A stretch of 32,000 bases of DNA from Mycobacterium tuberculosis H37Rv (GCF_000195955.2 NC_000962.3:3270001-3302000), one strand, 5' to 3'. Shown: positions 19,706-30,595, numbered from the stretch's first letter. Program-made: numbers and translations. The notes: generated by a model from the sequence alone, not told the origin.

Positions 19706-20506
19706 TGCCCACCACCAAAGCCACCCAGCGCCGTGATGTTTCCACCGAGATCGCTTACCTGACAAGAGCATTGAAAGCTCCCACCCTGCGTGAGTCAGTG
19801 TCCCGGCTGGCCGATCGCGCCCGCGCCGAGAACTGGAGCCACGAAGAATACCTGGCCGCCTGCCTGCAGCGGGAAGTGTCAGCCCGGGAGTCCCATGGTG
19901 GTGAGGGCCGCATCCGCGCCGCCCGCTTCCCGGCTCGGAAGTCGTTGGAAGAGTTCGACTTTGAGCATGCTCGTGGCCTCAAACGCGACACCATCGCACA
20001 TCTGGGCACCCTGGATTTCATCACCGCCCGCGATAACGTCGTGTTTTTGGGCCCCGCCTGGCACCGGGAAGACTCATCTTGCGGTCGGCCTGGCGATACG
20101 CGCGTGTCAGGCCGGTCATCGGGTGCTGTTCGCCACCGCCGCCGAATGGGTAGCACGGCTCGCCGAGGCTCACCACGCCGGGCGCATCTACGCCGAACTC
20201 ACCCGGCTTTGCCGCTATCCGCTCCTGGTGGTTGACGAAGTCGGCTACATTCCGTTTGAGCCCGAGGCCGCCAACCTCTTCTTCCAGCTGGTGTCCTCCC
20301 GGTATGAGCGGGCCAGCTTGATCGTCACGTCCAATAAGGCCTTCGGCCGGTGGGGCGAGGTTTTCGGCGGCGACGACGTCGTTGCTGCCGCCATGATCGA
20401 CCGCCTCGTCCACCATGCTGAAGTCGTCGCCCTCAAAGGCGACAGCTACCGGCTCAAAGACCGCGACCTCGGCCGCGTCCCACCAGCCGGAACCACCGAA
20501 GAATAA
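19705..20506 (+). pseudogene. istB: IS21-family ATP-binding helper IstB, disrupted by a 1-nt frameshift at the Walker A motif
   Basis: The N-terminal IstB-like 116 codons (...DFITARDNVVFLGP) are in the frame of 19705. Walker A PPGTGKTHLA, Walker B LLVVDEVGY and the C-terminus are in the frame of 19790. The switch occurs at a C4 run, 20052-20055. The istB ATG overlaps the istA stop (TGATG, 19703-19707). Confidence 0.85.
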
Positions 20507-20524
20507 CCACCAACCGCCCGGTCT

Positions 20525-20578
20525 AGGGGGTCAATTTTCAGATGCCGTCAGGGGGTCAGTTTTCGGGTGCCGTTGACA
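20525..20578 (-). repeat. IS1533 right terminal inverted repeat
   Basis: Its reverse complement, TGTCAACGGCACCCGAAAACTGACCCCCTGACGGCATCTGAAAATTGACCCCC, aligns with the left end. Confidence 0.8.
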
Positions 20579-20583
20579 CCGTT
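20579..20583. repeat. Target-site duplication CCGTT (right copy)
   Basis: An identical pentamer immediately flanks both IS ends. Confidence 0.7.
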
Positions 20584-20623
20584 CACAAGGGCGTTTCGAG
20601 CAACGCGTCGACGCAACTTCGGC

Positions 20624-21325
20624 CTAGTCGACGTTGACGGGTTCGTTCCATTTCGACTGCGTGAGCTGAATCGACCCGGATCCGAGGTCGATGCTCGCTC
20701 GGACGAGGTGGTGCGAGCCGTCCTGGGCAATCCACACGGTCGCCGGCCTTGCACTCTTGGCGCCAGGATCAAGCATCTTGACAGAGCTCGCGGGGATGGT
20801 CCCGGTGATTTTGGTGGTCGAAATTCCGTCTATCACTTCGGTACCTTGCGCTTGGAGGTTCGTGACACCGGACAGCAGCTGCGTCACCCCAGCGGCAGGA
20901 TCGAGCACGCGTGAAGTTGACAGTTCAGAAATCGAGCCGAGATTGCTCCAGTCGTCGAACAGTTTCACCGAGATGTTGTCGCCTTGTACCCGAAACGGGA
21001 CACCCTGCTCGTCGTTGTAGGTGCATACGCCCTTTGCCGCGAGCGGATTGGCCCGGACGTCGACATCGGCACTGGTAATACCCAGCAAGCTGTCGACTTT
21101 CCCGGTTGTTCGGACCGCTACGTGCACGCTGGTCAACCCTTTTGTCGCATCAAGCGACTGCCTGATCTCGGCGAGGAGCGCGGGGTCGGACGCCGTCGGG
21201 CTCACGGGAACACCCTGTTCCTCGGCATCAGGTTTCGGCGAAGAACATCCTGATAGCCACAACGCCAGGCAGGCACCTAGCACCACCAGAACAGCGGACG
21301 TCACCGCCCGTTTTCCATCATTCAT
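20624..21325 (-). CDS. lppX: Lipoprotein LppX (LppX/LprAFG family, PDIM carrier)
   Basis: A 233-aa ORF with a signal peptide and lipobox LSGC (Cys27). The sequence matches my recollection of Rv2945c. Confidence 0.93.
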   Translation of the reverse strand: MNDGKRAVTSAVLVVLGACLALWLSGCSSPKPDAEEQGVPVSPTASDPALLAEIRQSLDATKGLTSVHVAVRTTGKVDSLLGITSADVDVRANPLAAKGVCTYNDEQGVPFRVQGDNISVKLFDDWSNLGSISELSTSRVLDPAAGVTQLLSGVTNLQAQGTEVIDGISTTKITGTIPASSVKMLDPGAKSARPATVWIAQDGSHHLVRASIDLGSGSIQLTQSKWNEPVNVD

Positions 21326-21510
21326 TTGCGCTCACTACCTCGATTGTCAAATGGGCCCGCAGGCCGAATGCAGGTTGATTGGATCACGCTGGGCATGACT
21401 GCCCGCCTCCTCACTCGCGCCATTCCGGCGCTCGCCGTCGCCGGGCCCCGCCAAATTGCCCGCCTCCTCACTCGCGCCATTCCGGCGCTCGCCGTCGCCG
21501 GGCTAGGCAT
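21322..21510 (-). CDS. Hypothetical 62-codon small ORF encoded across the MIRU-like repeat, bridging pks1 and lppX
   Basis: Its ATG at 21510-21508 lies just upstream of the pks1 TAG (21505-21503). Its TGA (21324-21322) overlaps the lppX ATG (21325-23) as ATGA. An internal ATG at 21396 is preceded by the repeat-borne GAGGAGG. There is no homology support. Confidence 0.25.
   Translation of the reverse strand: MPSPATASAGMARVRRRAIWRGPATASAGMARVRRRAVMPSVIQSTCIRPAGPFDNRGSERK
21400..21503 (-). repeat. MIRU-like intercistronic tandem repeat: two identical 47-bp copies separated by 10 bp (57-bp period)
   Basis: Copies at 21400-21446 and 21457-21503 are identical by base-by-base comparison. The second copy ends inside the pks1 stop codon. 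The minus-strand reading GGCGACGGCGAGCGCCGGAATGGCGCGAGTGAGGAGGCGGGCA resembles the MIRU consensus as I remember it. Confidence 0.65.
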
Positions 21511-24500
21511 GGACCGATACTTCCGCGGCGGCGGGTTCGACAACCTGCGACGTCGGATCACCGGATTCCGTTGGGCGGCTGCCAGACATTTGCTGGGCGA
21601 CATACTCGGCGACCGCAGTGGGAGTGGGATGATCGAAAATCACGGTAGGTGGCAGCGTCAGTCCGGTGGCGGTTTTGAGGCGGTTGCGTAACTCCACAGC
21701 CGTTAATGAGTCGAAACCGAGGTCGCCGAATTCGGTGTCGGGGTCGACGTCCTCGGCGGAGGGCCTACCCAGCACTGCCGCTGCCTGCAGACACACCAGC
21801 CCCACTAGCAGCTCGAGTTGTTCGTCCGCGGCCAGCCCGTGTAGGCGTTGAGCCAGCGCCGACTTCGACGAGGTGGCGTCACCGGTGTCGTCGATTTGGC
21901 GTCGGCGTGGGCGGCGCGCGAGCCCGCTGAACAGCGCCGGCAACGCACCGGCCTGGGCCCGGGCGTCTAGTGCAGCCCGGTCCAAGAGCGTGGCCACCGC
22001 CAGAGGGTGATCGATGGCCAGCGCAGCGTCAAACAATTCCACCGCTTCGGCAGGGCTCATCGGAGCCAGCCCGCTGCGGCTCATGCGGGCCAGATCTCGG
22101 CTGCTCAAATGCGCGGTCATGCCGCCAGGCTGTTCCCACAAACCCCACGCCAGTGATATCCCGGCCAACCCTGCGGCCTGCCGGTGAGCGGCCAACCCGT
22201 CCAGAAACGCGTTTGCCGCCGAGTAGTTGCCCTGCCCCGGCGAGCCGACCGTGGCCGCGATCGATGAGCACAGCGCAAACATCGACAAATCCAGGTCACT
22301 GGTGGCCTGGTGCAGGTTCCACGCCGCGTCCACCTTGGCCCGCAACACCGTATCGATGCGGTCCGGTGTCAACGAGGTGATCACTGCGTCATCGAGCACG
22401 CCGGCGGCATGAATCACCCCGCGCACCGGCGGGTACTCCCGCGACAGCTGGGCAAACAACCCCGCTACCGCAGCGCGATCGGCCACGTCACAGGCCACCA
22501 CCTGCACCTTGGCGCCGGCCTCCGTCAAGTCGGCGGCCAATTCGGCCGCTCCCTCCGCGCGATCGCCCCGCCGACTGGCCAACACCAGATGACGCACCCC
22601 ATAGGCGCCAACCAGGTGGCGGGCCAACACCCCACCAACCGCCCCGGTGGCACCGGTGATCACCACCGTGCCGTCGGCAAGCCGGTCGGCCAACGCCGAG
22701 GGCATGGTTAAGACAACCTTGCCGATATGGCGGGCCTGGCTCATGAACCGGAAGGCCGCCGGGGCGCAGCGCACATCCCACGTGGTGACCGGTAGCCGGT
22801 GCAGCTCCCGGGTGTCGAACAGCTCCCGCACCTCGGCCAACATCTCCTGCATGCGTGCCGGGCCGGCCTCCGACAGGTCGAACGCCCGATACTGCACGCC
22901 GGGATAATTAGCGGCGATCTCCTGCGCATCGCGGATATCCGTCTTGCCCATCTCGAGGAAACGCCCACCGCGGACCAGTAAGCGCAGCGACGCATCCACG
23001 AACTCACCGGCCAGCGAGTCGAGCACCACATCAACCCCGCGGCCCTCGGTGACCGCCAGGAACTTCTCCTCGAACTCGCATGTGCGGGAATCGCCGATAT
23101 GGTCGTCGTCAAACCCCATGGCGCGCAGCGTGTCCCACTTGCCACGGCTGGCGGTGACGAAAACCTCCACGCCCCACTGGCGAGCCAGCTGCACAGCCGC
23201 CATGCCCACACCGCCGGTACCGGCATGGATCAGCACCGATTCGCCCGCCTTGATCTCGGCTAAATCGGCCAACCCGTACCAGGCCGTCAAGAACACCACC
23301 GGCACAGCGGCTGCCTGAGCAAACGACCAGCCTTGCGGCACCCGGGTAACCAGTTGCTGATCCACCACCGCCAGCGGACCGGCCCCGCCCAGGAATCCCA
23401 TCACGGCGTCACCGACGGCAAGATCGGTCACTTCGGGACCGGTCTCAAGCACCACCCCGGCGCCTTCGGCACCCAGCGGTGGGGCCTGGCCGGGATACAT
23501 CCCTAGGGCGGCCACCACATCGCGGAAGTTGACCCCGACGGCCGCCACCGCCACGCGCACCTGCCCCGCCTGTAGCGGTGCCTGTACCTCCGGGCAGGGC
23601 TGGATCACCAAATCCTCCAGGGTCCCGCCACCACCGGCGGCCAATCGCCACGCCGACTCTGCCGCCGGTAACGCTAGCAACGCCGGGGCCGGGGACAGCC
23701 GGGGGGCGTGCACAGTGCCGCCGCGCACCAGCAGCTGGGGTTCCCCGACGCCGGCTAGCACCGAGGCATCCACCGCCGCATCGGTGTCGATCAACACGAT
23801 CCGGCCGGGATTTTCGGCCTGCGCGGAACGCGCCATGCCCCACACCGCGGCGGCGGCCAGGTCGCTGATGTCCTCGCCAGCCAGCCCCACGCCACCATGG
23901 GTCAACACCACCAACGTGGCCGCCCGATCCGCGCCGAGCCAGGACTGCAACACCTCCAGGGCGGTGTGGGTGGCCGCATACACCGAGCCCACCACCGAGG
24001 ATGCTTGGCCACCGGCAGACTCGAGTTCCCACACCACGACACTGGCGTCACCATCACTGCCGGCGCAAAAGTCCGCCCAAGACACCGGGGCAGGTGGGGC
24101 GGACCCGTTAGCGCCGCCGCTGACCACCGAGATCGGCGACCACACCACTTCCAGCGGCCCCTGATCGGACGCACCGCCGGCCGCGGTCACGGCGGCGCGC
24201 AGCTGTTCTGCGGTTATCGGGCGAGTAACCAGCGAGCGCACCGTCAACACCGGCAGCCCAGTGGCGTCGCAGACGTCCACGGAAATCGCATCCGCGCCCG
24301 CGGACGCGAAGCGGGCCCGCACCCGTCCAGCGCCGCCGGCATGCAGCGACACCCCACGCCAGCAAAACGGCAGTCTCGTCTCGGTGCTCGCCTGGGTCTT
24401 CTCGACGGCCAGCCCGAGGGCATGCAGCACCGCGTCCAACACCGCCGGATGCATCCCCATTCGGTCGACGGCCACGCCGGCCTCGCCGGGGGCTACAACT

Positions 24501-26353
24501 TCGGCGAACAGCTCCGACCCCCGCCGCCAGATCGCCACCAGACCCTGAAACGCGGGGCCGTAGGCATAACCGCGCTCGGCCAACTGCGCATAGCCGTCCG
24601 AGATATCCACACTCTCCGCGCCCTCGGGCGGCCACACGGACAAATCCATCGGCGTCTCAGCGGCAGCCACCCCCAGCATGCCTTCGGCGTTCAGCAACCA
24701 ACCCTGGGATTGATCACCGCGGGAATACACCGACACCGCACGGTGCCCGGATTCATCGGCAGCCCCGACGACCACCTGCACCTGAACCCCGACACCCGGG
24801 TGCATCACCAACGGTGCGGCCAGCACCAACTCTTCGATGAGCGCGCACCCGACCTCATCACCGGCGCGGATCACCAACTCCACAAAACCCGCCCCGGGGA
24901 ACAGCACCACCCCGTTCACCACGTGGTCGGCCAGCCACGGCTGATCCGCAAGCGACAACCGGCCGGTCAGCACCACCTCGTCAGAATCGGGCCGCTCGAC
25001 CACCGCACCCAACAAGGCATGCTCGGTCGCGCCCAGACCCAACCCGGCCGCATCGGCGGGCCCATCCGCGCCCGGCGTCTCCCAAAACCGCCGTCGCTGA
25101 AACGCATACGTGGGCAGCTGCACCCGCCGTCCACCCGAGCCGGCGAACACCGCCGACCACTGCACCGGCACACCGGTGGTGAACACCTGACCGGCAGCAC
25201 CGAGCGCCGAGGCCAGCTCGGGCCGGTCTTTGCCCAGCATCGACACCACCATCGCCTCAGCCGGGGCCAAGGACTGCTCGATCGAGCCAGTCAAACCACT
25301 TCCCGGGCCGGCCTCGATGAAGTGGGTCGCCCCAAGGGTCTGCAAATGACGCGCACTGTCCGCGAAGCGCACCGGCCGACGAACGTGGTCCACCCAGTAC
25401 TGCGCCGACCCGAAATCAGGGCCGGCCAACTCGCCCGTCACGTTCGACACCAGCCCAAGCTGGGGCTCGCGTGCCTGCACCCGGGCCGCGACACGCGCGA
25501 ACTCCTCGAGCATCGGCTCCATCAACGGCGAATGAAACGCATGCGAGACCGCCAACTGGTGCACCCGCCGACCCTGCGCGGCGAACCGATCCGCAATCGC
25601 ATTTGCCGCGGCCTGCGCACCGGAGATCACCACCGATTCGGGCGCGTTGATCGCAGCGATCCCCACACCCTCACCCAGCAGCGGCTCCACCTCGTCCTCA
25701 CTGGCAGCCACCGCCACCATCGCACCGCCTGCCGGCAGCGCCTGCATCAACCGGCCCCGCGCCACCACCAGCATCGCCGCGTCCGCCAACGTCAACACAC
25801 CGGCCGCGTGCGCCGCCGCCAGCTCTCCAACGGAGTGACCCATGACGAAGTCCGGAAGCACACCCCAATCCCGCAACACCGCGAACGATGCCACCTCCAC
25901 CGCGAACAACGCGGGCTGAGCAAATTCGGTGCTGTCAAGCAAATCCGCATCGGCACCCCAAATAACGTCGCGCAGCGGCAACCGCAGATGCCGGTCCAAC
26001 TCGTCGGCCACCGCATCGAATGCCTGCGCAAACACGGGCAACTCGCCGTACAACTCGCGGCCCATCCCGATGCGCTGCGCGCCCTGCCCAGGAAACACGA
26101 CCACCGTCTTGCCCACCGACCCTGGCTGACCGACCGCCACGCCGGCACCCGGCTCGCCCGCCGCGAGCCCAGCCAGCCCGGCAATCAGTTGCTCACGGCT
26201 TGCGCCGACCACCACCGCTCGGTGCTCAAACACCGAGCGACTGGCCAACGAGCACCCCACATCGATCGGATCCAGCCCTGGGTTGGCCTGCACGTGGGCC
26301 ATAAGTCGACCCGCCTGCGCCGTCAACGCCTCAGCCGATCTCGCCGAAATCAC
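21503..26353 (-). CDS. pks1: Pks1: AT-DH-ER-KR-ACP portion of the split phenolphthiocerol-pathway PKS Pks15/1 (probably non-functional as split)
   Basis: Contains the KS-AT linker [12 protein letters not shown] at its very start, then [57 protein letters not shown] and [14 protein letters not shown]. The first ATG in frame is at 26365. I recall the annotated GTG start at 26353 (1616 aa). There is no KS domain and no plausible independent translation signal. Confidence 0.88.
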   Translation of the reverse strand: MISARSAEALTAQAGRLMAHVQANPGLDPIDVGCSLASRSVFEHRAVVVGASREQLIAGLAGLAAGEPGAGVAVGQPGSVGKTVVVFPGQGAQRIGMGRELYGELPVFAQAFDAVADELDRHLRLPLRDVIWGADADLLDSTEFAQPALFAVEVASFAVLRDWGVLPDFVMGHSVGELAAAHAAGVLTLADAAMLVVARGRLMQALPAGGAMVAVAASEDEVEPLLGEGVGIAAINAPESVVISGAQAAANAIADRFAAQGRRVHQLAVSHAFHSPLMEPMLEEFARVAARVQAREPQLGLVSNVTGELAGPDFGSAQYWVDHVRRPVRFADSARHLQTLGATHFIEAGPGSGLTGSIEQSLAPAEAMVVSMLGKDRPELASALGAAGQVFTTGVPVQWSAVFAGSGGRRVQLPTYAFQRRRFWETPGADGPADAAGLGLGATEHALLGAVVERPDSDEVVLTGRLSLADQPWLADHVVNGVVLFPGAGFVELVIRAGDEVGCALIEELVLAAPLVMHPGVGVQVQVVVGAADESGHRAVSVYSRGDQSQGWLLNAEGMLGVAAAETPMDLSVWPPEGAESVDISDGYAQLAERGYAYGPAFQGLVAIWRRGSELFAEVVAPGEAGVAVDRMGMHPAVLDAVLHALGLAVEKTQASTETRLPFCWRGVSLHAGGAGRVRARFASAGADAISVDVCDATGLPVLTVRSLVTRPITAEQLRAAVTAAGGASDQGPLEVVWSPISVVSGGANGSAPPAPVSWADFCAGSDGDASVVVWELESAGGQASSVVGSVYAATHTALEVLQSWLGADRAATLVVLTHGGVGLAGEDISDLAAAAVWGMARSAQAENPGRIVLIDTDAAVDASVLAGVGEPQLLVRGGTVHAPRLSPAPALLALPAAESAWRLAAGGGGTLEDLVIQPCPEVQAPLQAGQVRVAVAAVGVNFRDVVAALGMYPGQAPPLGAEGAGVVLETGPEVTDLAVGDAVMGFLGGAGPLAVVDQQLVTRVPQGWSFAQAAAVPVVFLTAWYGLADLAEIKAGESVLIHAGTGGVGMAAVQLARQWGVEVFVTASRGKWDTLRAMGFDDDHIGDSRTCEFEEKFLAVTEGRGVDVVLDSLAGEFVDASLRLLVRGGRFLEMGKTDIRDAQEIAANYPGVQYRAFDLSEAGPARMQEMLAEVRELFDTRELHRLPVTTWDVRCAPAAFRFMSQARHIGKVVLTMPSALADRLADGTVVITGATGAVGGVLARHLVGAYGVRHLVLASRRGDRAEGAAELAADLTEAGAKVQVVACDVADRAAVAGLFAQLSREYPPVRGVIHAAGVLDDAVITSLTPDRIDTVLRAKVDAAWNLHQATSDLDLSMFALCSSIAATVGSPGQGNYSAANAFLDGLAAHRQAAGLAGISLAWGLWEQPGGMTAHLSSRDLARMSRSGLAPMSPAEAVELFDAALAIDHPLAVATLLDRAALDARAQAGALPALFSGLARRPRRRQIDDTGDATSSKSALAQRLHGLAADEQLELLVGLVCLQAAAVLGRPSAEDVDPDTEFGDLGFDSLTAVELRNRLKTATGLTLPPTVIFDHPTPTAVAEYVAQQMSGSRPTESGDPTSQVVEPAAAEVSVHA

Positions 26354-27840
26354 CCACGGCACCATCGACGGCCGCGGCCCCCGGTGCTTTCGCTCGCCTC
26401 AACCGGCGCCTCTGCGGGGGCTGGTACGGGGGCCTCTTCCAAGATCAGATGCGCGTTGGTGCCGCTGATCCCAAAGGAGGACACCGCCGCCCGGCGCGGA
26501 CGCCCGTCAACCGACCACTCCCTGGCCTCGGTCAACACCGACACCGCGCCGCTGGTCCAATCCACCCGCGGGGAAGGCTCATCCACATGCAACGTCGCCG
26601 GCATCACCCCATGACGCATCGCCTGCACCATCTTGATCACCCCGGCGACCCCCGCGGCGGCCTGGGTGTGGCCCATGTTCGACTTGATTGAGCCCACCCA
26701 CAGCGGCTGCTCCGCTGGACCTCCCTGCCCGTAGGTGGACAGCAATGCCTGCGCTTCGATGGGATCACCCAACGTGGTGGCGGTCCCGTGTGCCTCCACC
26801 ACGTCTACGTCTGCGGCGGACAACCCGGCGTTGGCCAACGCCACCTGGATCACTCGCTGCTGGGCGAGCCCATTGGGCGCGGTCAGCCCATTGGACGCAC
26901 CATCCTGGTTGACCGCGCTCCCCCGCACCACCGCCAGCACCGAATGCCCCAACCGCCGGGCGTCCGATAGCCGCTCCAGCACAACCACCCCGGCGCCCTC
27001 GCCCCACCCGGTGCCGTCGGCCGCGGCCGCAAACGCCTTACATCGCCCATCGGCAGCCAACCCCCGCTGCCGGGAAAACCCCACAAAAATCGACGGCAGC
27101 CCCATCACCGTCACCCCACCGGCCAACGCCAAATCACACTCCCCGGAGCGCAATGACGACATCGCCCAATGGATCGCCACCAACGACGACGAACAAGCGG
27201 TATCCACTGACACCGCCGGGCCCTGCAGCCCCAATACGTACGACACACGTCCCGAGGCCACGCTGATTGACGTGCCGGTCAACCCGTACCCTTGCAGCCC
27301 CCCGGTATCCCTATTGCCGTAACTCGCCGCGAAAATGCCGGTGTACACCCCGGTCGCCGAACCACGCAACGACAACGGGTCAATCCCCGCGTGCTCCAAC
27401 GCCTCCCACGAAACCTCCAGCATCAACCGCTGCTGAGGATCCATCGCCAACACTTCACTAGGAGCGATGCCGAAGAACCCGGCGTCAAAGCCGGTGGCGT
27501 CGTCTAGAAATGCCCCCCATCGCGTGTAGGTTTTGCCCTCAGCGTCGGGATCCGGATCGTATAGCCCCTCAACATCCCAGCCCCGATCGGTCGGAAACTC
27601 CGACACCACGTCGCGCCCCGCCGAAACGACATCCCAGAGTCCGTCCGGGCCATCCACGCCGCCCGGAAATCGGCAGCCGATTCCCACCACCGCCACCGGT
27701 TCTGTCGCGCGTTGCTCATATTCACGCAGCCGAGCGCGTGTCTCATCGAGCTCGACAGCAACCTTCTTTAGGTAGTGAAAAAGCTTTTCGCTCTGCTGGT
27801 CGGCACCTTCAACGCTCATCGTCCGTTGCTCCTCTATCAC
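26350..27840 (-). CDS. pks15: Pks15: ketosynthase portion of the split Pks15/1
   Basis: A 496-aa ORF with KS motifs [23 protein letters not shown] and [11 protein letters not shown]. It ends ...[16 protein letters not shown] at TGA 26352-26350, inside the KS-AT linker. Its GTG start overlaps the fadD22 stop (GTGA, 27840-27837). Confidence 0.9.
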
Positions 27841-29954
27841 TTCCCAAGTTCGGAATCGATTAGCTGGAAAATTTCGTCAGGAGTCGAAGCAGCCTGGATC
27901 AGCTTGCCCAGGCCCGCCTCGCTGCCGGCGATGGTGCCCAGCAGGGCACGCAAACGGTCGGCCACCCGCTGCTTCTCGCCGTCGGCGATGACGGCCACCA
28001 GCTCTTCGACCTTGTTCAACTGCTCTTCGATTGCCCAAAGACCCGTCGCGCCGCTATTCACCGGACCGGCTGATTTCAATCGACCATGCCCGCCGGCCAG
28101 TTCGGCCTCCAAATACTGGGCTAATCCCGATATCGACCCGTAGTCCCACCCAACCGTCTCGGGTAACCGCAGGCCGGTAACTGCCGCCAATCGCTTGCAC
28201 AGCGTGACTGTCATTTGCGAGTCAAAACCCAGCTCCGAGAAGGCGAGATCCTGATCGACCGACCAAGGATCTGGCTCACCTAACATCTTCGCGGCCTCGG
28301 CGCATACGGCATCCACCACCAGCCGCTGACGTTCTTGCCGCAAAGCGACCAACCGCTCGCGAAGAGTCGCCCCGCCGTCGTTTCCTCCGGCGATCGTCAT
28401 GTTGGACGCCGACAGGTCATCACGCTGCGCCCGCACGCCGGACCCAGGTTCAGTCAACGAGAGTTCCCAAATCGGTTTGGTTGGACTCTGCTTGCGCAGG
28501 GCGCCACGCACCAATTTCCCGTTCGGGGTTCGAGGGAGTCGATCAACAACGGCAAACCTATGCGGCACCTTGAACGCAGACAATCGGTTGAGCAATCCGC
28601 GGTGAAGGTCTCGCATGACCGACCCATCGATGGTGGCACCGCTGGTCGCAACCAGAAAAGCCTGCAGTGTCGACGCGCCCGTGGACTCCCTTACCGCGAC
28701 AACCGCGGCCTCAGCCACGGCTTCGTCCTCGATGATGAGTCGCTCGACCTCACGCGGATCAACGTTGACCCCTCCGATAACCTCGGTGTCGTCGGCGCGG
28801 CAGCGGTAGGTAACCCACCCGTCGCTGTCGATACACACCCTGTCCCGCGTGTCGAGCCAACCCTCATTCGCGACGGGGGAATCAGGCCGATTCCAATAGC
28901 CCTTAGCGATCGCCGGTCCGCGGACCCATAGGTCGCCCTCAACCCCAGGCCCGGCAGTTGTTCCATCCGGCGCTACAACACGAATCTCGTAGGGCGGCAG
29001 CACCCTTCCCAGCGTCCCCAGGCGCCATTCGTCAACCCGATTCGATACGAACGTCTGCCCGACCTCCGTAGATCCAATACCGTCCAGAATGGGGATGCCG
29101 CCAAAGAATTCCATGAGCCGCTCGGCAAGACCCAGCTCAAGGGCCTCCCCGGCTGACACCACACATCGAAGCGAACGGAAGGAATCAGGAGAACATGAGT
29201 CGATGACTCTGGCAAAGAAATTTGGCACACCGTAGAGCACCGATGGCCCAAATCGCGCGCTTAGAATGGCCGCTGCTTCTGGAGTTACCGGCGCCGAATT
29301 GATGACCGCGGAACCACCTGTCGCGAGTGGAAACCAGACCGAATTTCCTAGGCCGTAAGCAAAATACATGCGTGCACTACATAGCCCAGTATCTTCAGGA
29401 GTGAGCCGCAAGGCTTTACGACACATAGCGTCCACGAACGTCAACGGGTCGGCGTGCCGATGAATCGCCGCCTTCGGCGGACCCGTGGTACCAGACGTAT
29501 ACGTAGCGTATGCGAGTGCGTCACCACCCATCGGTTCGTAGCCTCCAGGCGCGACTCGAGCCGCCTCGGACATGAGTTCCGCGGCTTCGGCCACCCGCGA
29601 CGGCTGAAACCGATCGCGCAGCGCATCCGAGGTGACGACAAGCGCCGGTTCCGTGTTGCGTGCGGCCAACGCGTGGTCGTCGCGATGCAGCTCCGGATTC
29701 GCTAGAAACGCCATAACCCCACGAGCCAGGCACGCCAGCAATAGCTGCACCAGGTCGGGCGAATCCGGCAGGCACAACAGAACCCGATCACCACTGGATA
29801 GTCCGCGGTTTCTCAGCACTTCCCCAAGACGTGCGGCACCGTCGTGGATTTGACCATGAGTCACCACATCGGCCGCATAGAAGGCCGGCCGGTCGTACCA
29901 TCCCGCCTCCGATGCCTGCTCAGCCAGGAGCCCCGCTAGATTCCCATTCCGCAT
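27837..29954 (-). CDS. fadD22: p-Hydroxybenzoyl-AMP ligase / aryl carrier protein didomain FadD22
   Basis: A 705-aa ORF with the adenylation motif [17 protein letters not shown] and a C-terminal carrier domain with [10 protein letters not shown]. Confidence 0.92.
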
Positions 29955-29970
29955 TTATTGGATGACCGCC

Positions 29971-30570
29971 CTAGCGCGCCAGAGTGATGGCATTTGAAAA
30001 CTGCCAGCGATCAGGTTCTTCATGCGGAGCATCTCGAAATACGCTTCGTAGAAAGTGCTCCGTCACCACCATGATCGGCTGGCCTCCGGAAATAACGCGA
30101 TAACGGCGGGCAACGGCTCTCTTTCGGGAATTCTGATACCCGTGGAGCGCGAGCCAACCTGGCAAATCTCCGACCCAGACTTTAGCCTCTTCCTTGAAGG
30201 TCTCGATGTGGCTGGCTGCCATAACCTCGCCGAGAGGATCGTTTGTCTGCGTCAACCTTGTTATAATTGCAGCCGGCAACCGATCAATCGCAATCAACGA
30301 CTCCGCGGCTACAAATAAGTGTTCCGAGTTCCGACCTTTAAGTATGATGTACCGCTGCAGAACACGGCCGACCCCCACCTGCCCTAGCTGCTCGAATTCG
30401 GATAGCTTCGGTGAAACATCGTGAATCCGCTGCTTGACGATTTGCACGATCACCTCATCGTCAGCGACAATGTTGAGAACCCTAGTGAGGGTGCCATTAG
30501 CTGCTATCAGTATTCGAAGGTCACGATTGAGCTTTCGGATCTCTTGATCAGATAGAAAACACTCGGTCAT
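29971..30570 (-). CDS. Rv2949c: Chorismate pyruvate-lyase (UbiC-like; makes p-hydroxybenzoate)
   Basis: From the ATG at 30570 (MTECFLSDQEIRKL...) the product is 199 aa, preceded by GGGGGAAG 4 nt upstream. The ORF-track start at 30609 would overlap the fadD29 3' end. I recognise the sequence as Rv2949c. Confidence 0.85.
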   Translation of the reverse strand: MTECFLSDQEIRKLNRDLRILIAANGTLTRVLNIVADDEVIVQIVKQRIHDVSPKLSEFEQLGQVGVGRVLQRYIILKGRNSEHLFVAAESLIAIDRLPAAIITRLTQTNDPLGEVMAASHIETFKEEAKVWVGDLPGWLALHGYQNSRKRAVARRYRVISGGQPIMVVTEHFLRSVFRDAPHEEPDRWQFSNAITLAR

Positions 30571-30595
30571 ATTCTTCCCCCACATACATGCGCTG

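Larger units (their letters stand above)
18366..20578 (+). mobile_element. IS1533, IS21-family insertion sequence (2213 bp)
   Basis: The element is bounded by ~54-bp imperfect terminal inverted repeats starting TGTCGACGGCAC and ending GTGCCGTTGACA. It is flanked by a 5-bp direct duplication CCGTT and carries an istA/istB gene pair. Confidence 0.9.

Noticed and set aside
19790-20050. The first ~88 codons of the 238-aa ORF (MSQCPGWPIAPAPRT...) treated as a genuine N-terminus of an independent helper protein
   Set aside because: This stretch is an out-of-frame reading of the IstB N-terminal region. Recognisable IstB sequence in this frame begins only at the Walker A motif after the frameshift.
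20591-20614. A small hairpin (GCGTT-tcgagc-AACGC) and the 10-bp palindrome GCGTCGACGC just downstream of the lppX stop, as an lppX terminator
   Set aside because: The stem is only 5 bp and there is no U-tract. The palindrome contains a SalI-type GTCGAC core, which is common in GC-rich DNA. The evidence is insufficient.
21400-21503. Possible CRISPR array
   Set aside because: There are only two repeat copies and the 10-bp spacer is far too short. No cas genes are present, and the architecture fits a MIRU-type tandem repeat instead.
23897-26614. A 905-aa plus-strand ORF antisense to pks1/pks15
   Set aside because: Its product is extremely Arg/His/Pro/Gly-rich and low-complexity, with no motifs. 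It lies entirely opposite a PKS gene with every catalytic motif in place. Long open antisense frames are the expected artefact of high-GC3 coding sequence.
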